In this document: positions 1-8,333 of the stretch, one piece after another | Layout: each line of letters begins with the position of its first letter | Position numbering within the stretch: the first letter of the stretch is position 1 | IMG/VR virus record: IMGVR_UViG_3300033069_001798 | Coordinates: 64,001-128,000 of that record | Strand: one strand, 5' to 3' | Source of the DNA: a virus | Taxonomy: Duplodnaviria > Heunggongvirae > Uroviricota > Caudoviricetes | Length of the DNA: 64,000 nt | Translations under genes and position numbers: made by a program | Notes under the pieces: model-generated | Told to the model about the DNA's origin: nothing | Seen by the model: only the letters and a program-made list of their open reading frames with translations | Databases searched by the model: none

Positions 1-146
1 AAGATAGCTTCTTCATCCGCAATGAACGTTGCACCTATGACCTCAATCATCTTGCAACCTGTTTTGTCGGTCACGTGCTCGCCAGATGCTTTTAGCTCAC
101 GGAACCAACTCCGAACATCGCTGACTCTATGCTCAATTCGTATCAT
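1..146 (-). CDS. 5' part (truncated by window edge) of thymidylate synthase / dCMP-hydroxymethylase-like nucleotide-modifying enzyme
   Basis: Not in the ORF track. ATG at 146-144 gives MIRIEHRVSDVRSWFRELKASGEHVTDKTGCKMIEVIGATFIADEEAI. The DKTG..IE.IGA.F.ADE pattern resembles the N-terminus of phage TS-like base-modifying enzymes (recognised from memory). Confidence 0.55.
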   Translation of the reverse strand, partial: MIRIEHRVSDVRSWFRELKASGEHVTDKTGCKMIEVIGATFIADEEAI

Positions 147-297
147 TCGTCTTCATCTCCAGGTCCAGCACCTTGTCTTCTAGCGTTTGAATTCTCACCT
201 TCATCTCATTGTGTGCCCTAATGTCAACGATCGACAGAACGATTGTGAACAGCAACAGCACCCATAGCATAAAGTGGACATGATGATCTGATTTCAT
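133..297 (-). CDS. small hypothetical protein with hydrophobic N-terminal segment
   Basis: 54-aa ORF (MKSDHHVHFMLWVLLLFTIVLSIVDI...). Its ATG overlaps the TGA of the upstream gene and it overlaps the next start. Confidence 0.5.
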   Translation of the reverse strand: MKSDHHVHFMLWVLLLFTIVLSIVDIRAHNEMKVRIQTLEDKVLDLEMKTNDTN

Positions 298-1265
298 CAG
301 ACGTTAAGCTTTAGGTTCTTTGCCCAGTCCCAATTGTTGTCGTACCAATCGCATGTGCGAGCAATACCTTCCCAAACAGGAACTTTTACGCTGTACGCAA
401 GGTAAACTGATGCACCGCTGATGTTTGCTAGCGTTCGCTTCACATCACCTGGCCGTGTAGGCGCGACGTTGAGCTTGAACCCGCCGTAACGCTTCAGAAG
501 GTAAAGAATGATGTCGTTGTTGGATACTTCAGTTCCACATGCTACGTTGAATCGATGCGCTTCAGCAGATGGAAGCTGCGCTGTTGCGGCCTTCATGCAT
601 GCATCAACAACGTTGTCAACGTAACACAAGTCTCTTGATTGAGAGCCGTCACCATCGAAGCGAAGCGGTTCACCCTTCTTGATGGCCGTCAACCACGCGG
701 CGAGCGCAGTTGCGTACGGAGAACCACCCAGCGCGTTGGGTCCAAAGACGTTGAAGAACCTCAAGGAGACAGAATCTAGACCGTAGAACGTCTTGTACAA
801 CGTCAAGTAATCTTCGATGATAGATTTCTGAAGCGCGTACGGCGACTTGGGATTCTTCTCTTCGCTCTCATGCGTGGGTAGCTTAAGAGCGCCGCCGTAC
901 ACTGAAGAAGATGAAGCAAAGACGAACCGTGTGATGTTTCCTCTGCATGCTTCCAGCAACTTCAGCGTCTTCGTGACGTTTGCATCGTTCGTTTCAAACG
1001 GATGCTCCACAGAGTACGAAACTCTTGGAACAGCAGCAAGATGGATGACAACGTCAAACTCTTTGTCCCTGATCTTCTGAAGAACTGCTTCATCAGAAAA
1101 ATCACACTTAAATTCACGAATTTCTCGAAGAGTTGAATCGCTCAAAAATTCTGCGTGCCCATTAGAAAAATCATCAGCACCAGTAACTGTCCAACCAGCA
1201 GCTACGCATGCTGCTGTCAAATTTGAACCAATGAACCCTGCGTAGCCAGTTATGAGGACTTTCAT
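297..1265 (-). CDS. NAD-dependent nucleotide-sugar epimerase/dehydratase (extended SDR)
   Basis: GYAGFIG Rossmann motif, ASSSSVYG, catalytic YALQK (YxxxK), LRFFNVFGP. Confidence 0.92.
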   Translation of the reverse strand: MKVLITGYAGFIGSNLTAACVAAGWTVTGADDFSNGHAEFLSDSTLREIREFKCDFSDEAVLQKIRDKEFDVVIHLAAVPRVSYSVEHPFETNDANVTKTLKLLEACRGNITRFVFASSSSVYGGALKLPTHESEEKNPKSPYALQKSIIEDYLTLYKTFYGLDSVSLRFFNVFGPNALGGSPYATALAAWLTAIKKGEPLRFDGDGSQSRDLCYVDNVVDACMKAATAQLPSAEAHRFNVACGTEVSNNDIILYLLKRYGGFKLNVAPTRPGDVKRTLANISGASVYLAYSVKVPVWEGIARTCDWYDNNWDWAKNLKLNV

Positions 1266-1276
1266 GTCTAGGTAAG

Positions 1277-1305
1277 ACTATACCCACCTACAGGGCTAAT
1301 GTACA
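1277..1305 (-). promoter_or_regulatory. sigma70-like promoter
   Basis: Minus strand TGTACA-N17-TATAGT, 11 nt upstream of the ATG at 1265. Confidence 0.55.
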
Positions 1306-1310
1306 GCGTG

Positions 1311-1550
1311 TTAGTCGACGTTGCAGAGCAAGTTCATCTTCCGCATTGCTGAAAGCGTCGTCACCTCGTAAGAGCACCGAGCTCTAACAGCATCACGGAG
1401 ACGTTCACGAAGATCATTCATGTCGACGGTGTGAGCTCTCAGCTCGCTGAACTCATCGAGCAACTTGCTCAGCACGTCTGGTGCATCAGAAAAGTCTGGC
1501 GAGCCCATGAAAGGGTGCCCTCCTGCATCTCGAGCCAGCTTAGAATATTC
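1311..1550 (-). pseudogene. orphaned duplicate C-terminus of the glycosyltransferase at 2357..3682
   Basis: EYSKLARD...SPDFSD...ERLRDAVRARCSYEVTTLSAMRKMNLL aligns by eye with EYARLLKL...NPDFSD...ERLKTVVQQRCSYEETTLSSMKRMDLL. Confidence 0.8.
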
Positions 1551-1554
1551 GAAA

Positions 1555-2329
1555 TAATTGGTCAATGAGATACCGGTATATATTTCCCGCAATTATTCCC
1601 TTAACTTGGCTAATACGAAGATCGTATTTCTTGGCAAGATCTTTTTGAGTATACAATCCAGTTTGATAATCACTTCTAAGATCATTTACTGTCGCTCGTA
1701 GATGATCATTTCTTTTGATTCTAGCTGCGGCTATTTTTTGTTTAACTTCAACTCTTTGTTGAACTTCTTTTTGCTTTATGGAAGCTTTCAATCTAAATTC
1801 ATCACTTCTGAAGATTTCTCGCAAGTTCTCGATTCGTTGTTTTGCTTTTTCTTCATCACTAGCCCAATTTTTCTTAAGTGATGAAGAAATACGCTGTTTG
1901 GTTTCTTCTGTTTGATGACCACGCAATTTTCTTACTTTGCTTTTCATCTTAAGTCTAAAACTAGGATCCTTCCACAATGCTTTAAATCGATCACTTATCA
2001 ATTTTTTCTGGTGTGCTGTAATACCACGCACGCCCTCGCCACCAGAAGTAAGATTTAGCAACATTACGCCACTTTTCTTAAGAGACGAGATGGTTTCAAT
2101 TTCGTGTGCGTATGAATCTTCTTCATTACTAGTGTGATAAACACACTTAAATTCAAACGCGTCTAGACCATAAGTTCGCATGTTCGCATACAAATGACTT
2201 CTACCCCCTAAATTGACCCGTAGAACCAAAATAACGATGTATTCGCCAGCGACAAGCTAGATCATTAGTTTTTCCGACATAAACTTCTGACGTAATCGTA
2301 TTTGTAATAGTGTATACAAAGAATCCCAT
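1555..2329 (-). CDS. GIY-YIG homing endonuclease, interrupted by a +1 frameshift at a G5 run (2204-2208); ends at TTA 1555-1557
   Basis: ATG 2329 gives MGFFVYTITNTITSEVYVGKTND (GIY-YIG motif), then TAG at 2201-2203. It continues in the +1 frame as RSHLYANMRTYG...LNLTSGGEG. Confidence 0.8.
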
Positions 2330-2356
2330 GATCTAACTATAGTGGCACACATACTT

Positions 2357-3682
2357 TTACAATAGATCCATACGTTTCATCGAACTCAACGTTGTTTCTT
2401 CGTATGAACATCTTTGTTGAACGACTGTTTTCAGTCTTTCATGTGACTTTTTACAATCATCAGTGCCAACATAATCGATCAGATCGCTAGCTTTATCAAC
2501 AATGTCAGAAAAATCAGGATTGCAATAAATTGGAAATGATGACAATTTAAGCAATCTTGCATATTCATTACAGTTCAATGTCAATGGAACACATCCCAAT
2601 TCTGTGCATTCTCTAGCAGCCGTTCCACCGTACGTGTCCTGATCGTACAACCCAACAGATATCTCAGCTCTGGAGGCTATGTACTTGAATTCATCTCTGT
2701 TAAGCGGGCCAGAGACAAGAGACACGTAGCCGTGACGGCCGCAGCGATCTTGCAAGCTAGAGTTAGAGATCTTCTGGCTGGGATTTCCAGCAATGACAAC
2801 GAAGTCTTGGCGACGATTGTGAAGCTTTGGCAAGATGTCAAACATGAACTTGCCGCAGTTCGTGTAGTCGCTAGACACCCCTGCTTCACCGATACGGTTC
2901 GGGACAAAGATGATCTTCTTGCCGGCTGATTGCAGCTTCTCGACCAGGTTGACATCAAACCTAAGATTGTCGAAGTTGACTGGTGATGTGATCTCTTCTC
3001 GAGAGTATCCGTCATCCCACGGTGAAGACTTTTCGAGGATCTTTTGAACAACTTCATCTCTGTAAAGCTTCCTGGCTTCAACTTCAAACTCTGCCAACGC
3101 AGATTCGCACTGCCAGAAGTTCCAATCGGCTTTCATCGCTGCTTCGCATTGACCGAGCCACAGCGACGCTTCGGCTGGAAACTTTGGACATGATGGCACA
3201 TCCACGAAGTGGGAATGCACGAAAAACTTGGGTTGGTATCCACCAACAACGTGGAACATCGCCTTGAAAGCTCTTAGATGCATTGGATCGTTGATGTAAA
3301 CTGCGTCCCACTTGGGAGCGCGGCTCAACTTCTGCATCCCGAGATTTAGACCGACAGCTAGACCCGTCCAGTCAAAATCATAACGAGTCACAAGAGCATT
3401 TCCGATGATGTTGTGCTCAAAGAACGCTAGACGATTATCACCATCTGCACCGTAACGATCCCAAAGATCTGGGTACACATCCCAGGGATCAGTTACAACT
3501 TGTCTCTTTCTGCCGTCATCACCAAGCTGCGGGATCATCACTGTGATGTGCAGCTCTGGGTTCAGCTGAAGCATCACCCTTACGCGACCCATGACCATAT
3601 TCCACCCTGAATCACATTCTAGGATAAATTTCCCATTCACATCATAATTTGACAACTGCGTCTCTATCAGGAGTCTTTTCAT
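2357..3682 (-). CDS. GT-B fold glycosyltransferase-like protein, possibly DNA-modifying
   Basis: 441 aa. C-terminal half has a GT-B-like pattern (KKIIFVPNR, IAGNP, LNRDEFKYIASRAEISVG..DTYGGTAARECTELG). Sits next to nucleotide-sugar enzymes. Confidence 0.55.
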   Translation of the reverse strand: MKRLLIETQLSNYDVNGKFILECDSGWNMVMGRVRVMLQLNPELHITVMIPQLGDDGRKRQVVTDPWDVYPDLWDRYGADGDNRLAFFEHNIIGNALVTRYDFDWTGLAVGLNLGMQKLSRAPKWDAVYINDPMHLRAFKAMFHVVGGYQPKFFVHSHFVDVPSCPKFPAEASLWLGQCEAAMKADWNFWQCESALAEFEVEARKLYRDEVVQKILEKSSPWDDGYSREEITSPVNFDNLRFDVNLVEKLQSAGKKIIFVPNRIGEAGVSSDYTNCGKFMFDILPKLHNRRQDFVVIAGNPSQKISNSSLQDRCGRHGYVSLVSGPLNRDEFKYIASRAEISVGLYDQDTYGGTAARECTELGCVPLTLNCNEYARLLKLSSFPIYCNPDFSDIVDKASDLIDYVGTDDCKKSHERLKTVVQQRCSYEETTLSSMKRMDLL

Positions 3683-3720
3683 GCATATACTCTATATTGT
3701 AAACGACATAGGTACATATA

Positions 3721-4638
3721 ATGATTCTTACAGTGACATCTAAACAAGCGAAAAACGGAAGCGTAAAGATCGTGTCTATAAAACTACGTTGCGATGCATG
3801 CAGCGCAGAATATGAAAGTAAAAGAAGATCACGTGATATCAATAGAACAACTCATTGGTGCTCTAGAAGCTGCTTCGGTGTTGGCATGCAATCAGGTGGA
3901 TTGATCAGGGTGCTAGCTGAACAGACGTGGGTATCACGTTGGGGAACTGTGCGCCCCTCACAACATCCAGATGTCGAAGCAAAACGACGTGCTACGTCTC
4001 TTAAGAAATTCGGTTCTGTTAGTCCTATGCAAGTAGAAGAACATAAAAAACTACGACGTAAAAATAATGTTGAAAAATATGGCGTTGAAAATGTGATTCA
4101 AATTGCAGCAGTAAAAACAAAGCGAATAGAAACATTCATGAAACGTTATGGCGTTAAGAGTGCTTTGGCAATACCAGAAGTATATGCTCGTGTTAACTGG
4201 CAAGAAGCTGTCCGTAAGAACCATGAATCTATGAAGCGTAATAATTCGTATCGAAAATCAAAAGCAGAAGATCGCATGCACGAACTTCTTGTTGAACTAT
4301 TTGGTGTCAATGACATCGAACGTCAACACAAACCCATAGGAACAAACTGGCCTATTGACTTCTACGTTAAATCAATTGATGTCTGGATTCAAGTTGATGG
4401 CGTCTATTGGCATGGACTAGATCGACCTCTCGAAGAACATATCAAATCTGGTTCGCCTCGATCTGAGAGCATCGTTGGAAAATGGCATGTCGATCGTGCT
4501 CAGGAACACTGGTTTGCAAAGCATAACATGAAGTTGCTGCGAATCACAGACAAAGAGTCACTAACGATGACATCAGCAGCACTTGTGTCGTTGCTCACTA
4601 TCAAGTTTGAATCAAAAGTCGTTTTTGTCCCATTATAA
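3721..4638 (+). CDS. VSR/DUF559-like PD-(D/E)xK homing endonuclease with Zn-finger N-terminus (ends TTA TAA)
   Basis: CxxC/C motifs, KYGVEN repeats, WPIDFYV..VWIQVDGVYWHG..DRAQ. AT-rich and on the opposite strand to its neighbours. Confidence 0.8.
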   Translation: MILTVTSKQAKNGSVKIVSIKLRCDACSAEYESKRRSRDINRTTHWCSRSCFGVGMQSGGLIRVLAEQTWVSRWGTVRPSQHPDVEAKRRATSLKKFGSVSPMQVEEHKKLRRKNNVEKYGVENVIQIAAVKTKRIETFMKRYGVKSALAIPEVYARVNWQEAVRKNHESMKRNNSYRKSKAEDRMHELLVELFGVNDIERQHKPIGTNWPIDFYVKSIDVWIQVDGVYWHGLDRPLEEHIKSGSPRSESIVGKWHVDRAQEHWFAKHNMKLLRITDKESLTMTSAALVSLLTIKFESKVVFVPL

Positions 4639-4995
4639 TCAATGTCCTTTTCTGCCCGGATTGCTCTGCTTCCTGTACTCTTGGTGTTCTGCGTCGCAGT
4701 GAGCCTTGGCTTGATCGAACATCCGACCAACCATTGACTTCAACAGATTCTCACCATAATCAGAAGCAATCTCTTCTCTGATTTGATCAACAGTATGTTG
4801 AACGCATGCTTCACGATCGTACGAACCATCTAGTTCATCAAAAGTCCATGACGCCGGAGCTTTAATCCTTGTTGAAGCACGACCGGTCTTGAAGAATATG
4901 TGCCCATTTGTCCATCCTATCGACTCGGGAACGCACTCTTCGCGGCCATCGAGCATAGCATAATGCAGCTCGATCCAAATTTTGCTTCTGCTCAT
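4639..4995 (-). CDS. hypothetical protein
   Basis: 118-aa ORF in a coupled operon. Confidence 0.6.
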   Translation of the reverse strand: MSRSKIWIELHYAMLDGREECVPESIGWTNGHIFFKTGRASTRIKAPASWTFDELDGSYDREACVQHTVDQIREEIASDYGENLLKSMVGRMFDQAKAHCDAEHQEYRKQSNPGRKGH

Positions 4996-5510
4996 CTTTT
5001 CAACACCTTTATCTTTTCAATCGAAGCCTCTGAAAGCCTCCACTCAGGTTTCTTCCAGTAACGTTGATCGCAGATTGGTTTGCCGCCATCTTCAAGGAGC
5101 CACAGAGCGTACGTGTACTCGTAGAGCGTCAATGCAACGATGCCGTCAGTGTAAACTAGCGCATGTACCTCACCCAACGTGGCTCTAACCTCTGCCTCGT
5201 CAAAAGTTTCGAGCGTTAGATTTTGCTCTTCAACGTCAGACGAAATCATGGTAGCATAGTCTGACACGTGACCTATCTTCAGAGGTCCAATGTACTCAAC
5301 GTTAACAGGGAACTTGTAATCTGGATGATCCCCATGCTCGTGTTCAAACATGTTCCCGTCAGCTTTGATGCAACCAACAGGCAGCTCGTTTGGGCAGTAA
5401 AACTTGCCTCCAGCTTCTATTGCGTTGGCTATGCCGCAATCCCAGCATCTATTCACGCACGTTGGAATTTCGATCGAACACCCTGGGCATGGTTTAGTGT
5501 TCGTCGTCAT
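4992..5510 (-). CDS. hypothetical protein with N-terminal CxxC-CxxC zinc ribbon
   Basis: CPGC...CWDC. ATGA overlap with the next gene. Confidence 0.6.
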   Translation of the reverse strand: MTTNTKPCPGCSIEIPTCVNRCWDCGIANAIEAGGKFYCPNELPVGCIKADGNMFEHEHGDHPDYKFPVNVEYIGPLKIGHVSDYATMISSDVEEQNLTLETFDEAEVRATLGEVHALVYTDGIVALTLYEYTYALWLLEDGGKPICDQRYWKKPEWRLSEASIEKIKVLKR

Positions 5511-5796
5511 TGCAATCCGGTGAAGCTGTGATCAAGTTTGGTATGCGACGTGGCGTTGTTAGATCATGAGCAGCAATTGAGTAAAATGTGCTGTTGACGT
5601 ATTCATCGGCAGCTTGAACGTTGCCAGAAGATATCAGCCCATGAATGTTCATCAGATCAGTAGCCGTTGTCATCCTTTCAGAGCTCATCACCCTGATCGC
5701 AGCAATGTCTCGTCGTATGTCTCCGATGATGAAACCAATCACGAAGACGGGTACGACAGCTATAATGTACGTTAGAACAGCTATGACAATGCTCAT
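5494..5796 (-). CDS. hypothetical membrane-anchored protein
   Basis: Hydrophobic N-terminal 25 aa, overlapping its neighbours. Confidence 0.55.
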   Translation of the reverse strand: MSIVIAVLTYIIAVVPVFVIGFIIGDIRRDIAAIRVMSSERMTTATDLMNIHGLISSGNVQAADEYVNSTFYSIAAHDLTTPRRIPNLITASPDCNDDEH

Positions 5797-6476
5797 TGGG
5801 AAGCCTTTACGTAAACTCGAGTGTTCTTCCTGTAGAAAGAAGCGAACGCAAAGCGACCCTTCTTGTTGCGCCCTGGAACTCTCAAGTTGGAGAACTTTGA
5901 TGTCAGAACGGGATCTACAACATATCCTCTCTTCAGCATCTTTCCCTCAACGACAGAGACTGGTTGGCAGTTCACGTGGTGACGTCCGAACTGCGGCAGC
6001 CAATCAGGTCCACCCGGGACGAATTCGCCCAAACGATTGATCTTTCCTTGGTTGGGATCGTAAGTGCCACGACCAGACGCAACACCAAAGACAACGATGC
6101 GAGGATTGGGCAGCAGCATGCAGTCCAAAAAGTTGCCTTCATGAACGTTGCAAACGTGCTCCATCGCTTCAAGCGACATGACAACGTCACGTGGGCCAAC
6201 ATCAAGCGTGCTAGGCTTCACAGTTCCGATGTCTATCTTTCTGAAGTTTGATTGGTTGACTCTCAATGCTGTCATGTCAGCATAACCGTCGCAGCACCAG
6301 ATCGGGATGATGCCTTCAAGAGGTTCGAGCCAATCACCTTGACCGCAGCCAAAATCGGCAATCGACGTGGCTTTCAAATCCTTCAAGACGAAGTCCTTCC
6401 ATGCCGGAAGGCCGCGAGCGAAGTACTTCCTGCCGTCGTCAAAAAATTCAGAATCGTAGTTTATGATCTTTGCCAT
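5793..6476 (-). CDS. class I SAM-dependent methyltransferase
   Basis: SIADFGCGQG motif I and DVVMSLEAMEHV. Confidence 0.8.
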   Translation of the reverse strand: MAKIINYDSEFFDDGRKYFARGLPAWKDFVLKDLKATSIADFGCGQGDWLEPLEGIIPIWCCDGYADMTALRVNQSNFRKIDIGTVKPSTLDVGPRDVVMSLEAMEHVCNVHEGNFLDCMLLPNPRIVVFGVASGRGTYDPNQGKINRLGEFVPGGPDWLPQFGRHHVNCQPVSVVEGKMLKRGYVVDPVLTSKFSNLRVPGRNKKGRFAFASFYRKNTRVYVKASQ

Positions 6477-7021
6477 TATAATCCCTTGATGAATGCAAGA
6501 ACCTCTCGCATCTCACGCTCTAGATCTTCATCATCAACGTTAAGCTTCAGAAGCTTCGTCTTCGTCCATGATGCAAAAGTGAAGTACTCATCGTGAAGCT
6601 TTTGAAGAACCTCAGCGTTGATAGTTGGATCCAAGTCATCTTCAATGCCAACGTACGATGATCGATGACACAGAACGACGCGGGCGCCAATGTTAGCCCA
6701 TGCTTCGTCAACGTGGTAGAGCATCTTCATGTCAGTTTCACGGCCCAACACCTTGGAGTACGAATACTCGCAAGGATACGCGCGATCAAATATGACGCTG
6801 TGTCCCGTTTGCCGCAGCAAGTCAAGGACTCGTGGATCTGCAAATCGTAGCTGGTTCAAAAACTGATCGTTCTTTGAAACTCTTGAAGACAAGAATGAAG
6901 TGTGCTCTGACGTTGCCTTGAAGTACGGAAGCCCTGTTCGACGCGACAACTCTTGCGCAATTTGAGTTTTTCCCGTCATATCAGGTCCGACTACCATGAT
7001 TATTTTTTGCTCTGACGTCAC
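6476..7021 (-). CDS. nucleoside monophosphate (thymidylate-kinase-like) kinase
   Basis: P-loop GPDMTGKT and IFDRAYPCE. Confidence 0.75.
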   Translation of the reverse strand: MTSEQKIIMVVGPDMTGKTQIAQELSRRTGLPYFKATSEHTSFLSSRVSKNDQFLNQLRFADPRVLDLLRQTGHSVIFDRAYPCEYSYSKVLGRETDMKMLYHVDEAWANIGARVVLCHRSSYVGIEDDLDPTINAEVLQKLHDEYFTFASWTKTKLLKLNVDDEDLEREMREVLAFIKGL

Positions 7022-7045
7022 GTTTCCTTCTTTCGGATCATACTA

Positions 7046-7237
7046 CTACGTAGCATCATTCCTGTTCACAGAAAAATGACTCAAGCTTTCAAGCAACGAT
7101 TCAATGAACGCTGGTTTCGCTAGCTTCCAGCACCGTGAACAAACCTTCCTATTGACAGTCCATTTTTCTGGGTTGAACGACCAGAATAGACACCCGCAAA
7201 TTGGACAATCGATCTGAACAAGATCCTCAGACGTCAT
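7046..7237 (-). CDS. small zinc-finger hypothetical protein
   Basis: Start at ATG 7237 overlapping the upstream gene end; CPICGC...CSRC. Confidence 0.45.
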   Translation of the reverse strand: MTSEDLVQIDCPICGCLFWSFNPEKWTVNRKVCSRCWKLAKPAFIESLLESLSHFSVNRNDAT

Positions 7238-7790
7238 TCTCTCTAGACCCAACGCCCGGAGAAACGACGCTAAAATTCGACCGGCGCTCTTCTTGGACGA
7301 GAGCCAAATCTTCGGCAGCGATAACAAGGCCGTGCGTTACGACACCAGACCTCACATGACCTTCACTTTCGCAGTAGACAGTGTATGAAGCACGATCCTC
7401 ATGCAGCTTGATCACCTCACCCTCAACCTGGGTCCCGTTAGGCTTCTTGAAGGTCACTCGTTGACCCACAGAATATTCGAGATTAATCGAATGCTGTTTC
7501 ACCCATTCCTTTTCTTCAGTATAATGGTGCTTTGTGCGCAAGTATGCAACCTTGCTCATGATATCGTACAACGCTGAATCAACTTCCCACGTTGAACGCT
7601 CTAGGTTCCTACAGATGCGATACTCGTCATCTTCGAGATCAATAGCTCTGAGCAGATCTTCTTTCATGTCATCTACGTACTGCTGATCTTCTTTTGCATC
7701 TTCTCCGACCAGCTTGAAGATGTCGGGCATGAGAGATTCAACCACTTTTTCCGCAACTGACTTAGACCAATAGGATGGACGCTTGTTCAT
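7227..7790 (-). CDS. hypothetical protein
   Basis: 187-aa ORF with an SH3-like beta-rich C-terminus. Promoter-like GTGTAA-N17-TAAACT at 7798-7826. Confidence 0.65.
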   Translation of the reverse strand: MNKRPSYWSKSVAEKVVESLMPDIFKLVGEDAKEDQQYVDDMKEDLLRAIDLEDDEYRICRNLERSTWEVDSALYDIMSKVAYLRTKHHYTEEKEWVKQHSINLEYSVGQRVTFKKPNGTQVEGEVIKLHEDRASYTVYCESEGHVRSGVVTHGLVIAAEDLALVQEERRSNFSVVSPGVGSRENDV

Positions 7791-7816
7791 GTTTACCAGT
7801 TTAACACATTAACGCG

Positions 7817-7823
7817 ATATTTA
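7817..7823 (+). promoter_or_regulatory. putative late-promoter motif ATA(C/T)TTA
   Basis: ATATTTA 6 nt before ATG 7830. The same motif occurs before several other putative virion genes. Confidence 0.45.
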
Positions 7824-7829
7824 CACAGC

Positions 7830-8333
7830 ATGAAGCTGCAACTAGGTGCCTTGAGACGTTTGATATCAGAAGTGCTTGAGGATGATCTTGACGAAGAAAT
7901 CAACGAATTGCGAGAAAATCCTGAGTACATGTCGTTGGAGGCTTTCATAGAGAGCAAGCTAGATGATGACAACTATGAATACAACTTCATCGATTTGCAT
8001 GCTCTAGGGCGCAACATGACGCAAGCAAAGTATGGTTCAAAGATGGAAGTCTCTGAAGCTGGTGCTAGCGATCTTGCGCACATCAAGAAAGAACTTGGCG
8101 ATCTTGGGTTCAAGTTTGTTGGCAGAAACGTGACAAAGAGCGTCAGAGGATTTAGAGCTGGAGCGCACGGCAGGAATCCGTTCGCAGGCTCGGGCGGCGG
8201 TGGAACCGGCATGGGATCTGCGTGGGGAAATCCAACTGGATTCTCTCATGGTGGTGGACCCGGTGCTGTCGGCGGTGGATACAACTGGAGCGCTGGTGAT
8301 TCCAAGAATCTGAAGATGGGCAGCAAGCGCTAA
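7830..8333 (+). CDS. putative virion (head-internal) protein with shared N-terminal MKxxxxxLRxLIxE motif and Gly-rich C-terminus
   Basis: MKLQLGALRRLISEVLE; GSGGGGTG/GGGPGAVGGG tail. Confidence 0.65.
   Translation: MKLQLGALRRLISEVLEDDLDEEINELRENPEYMSLEAFIESKLDDDNYEYNFIDLHALGRNMTQAKYGSKMEVSEAGASDLAHIKKELGDLGFKFVGRNVTKSVRGFRAGAHGRNPFAGSGGGGTGMGSAWGNPTGFSHGGGPGAVGGGYNWSAGDSKNLKMGSKR

Noticed and set aside
8180-8300. Gly-rich GGN repeats as a functional DNA repeat
   Set aside because: They are explained by the low-complexity Gly-rich protein tail, and codons vary.
8037-8330. 110-aa C-terminal extension of DnaE in the ORF track
   Set aside because: It lies after an in-frame TTA and is fully antisense to the well-formed gene 7830..8333.
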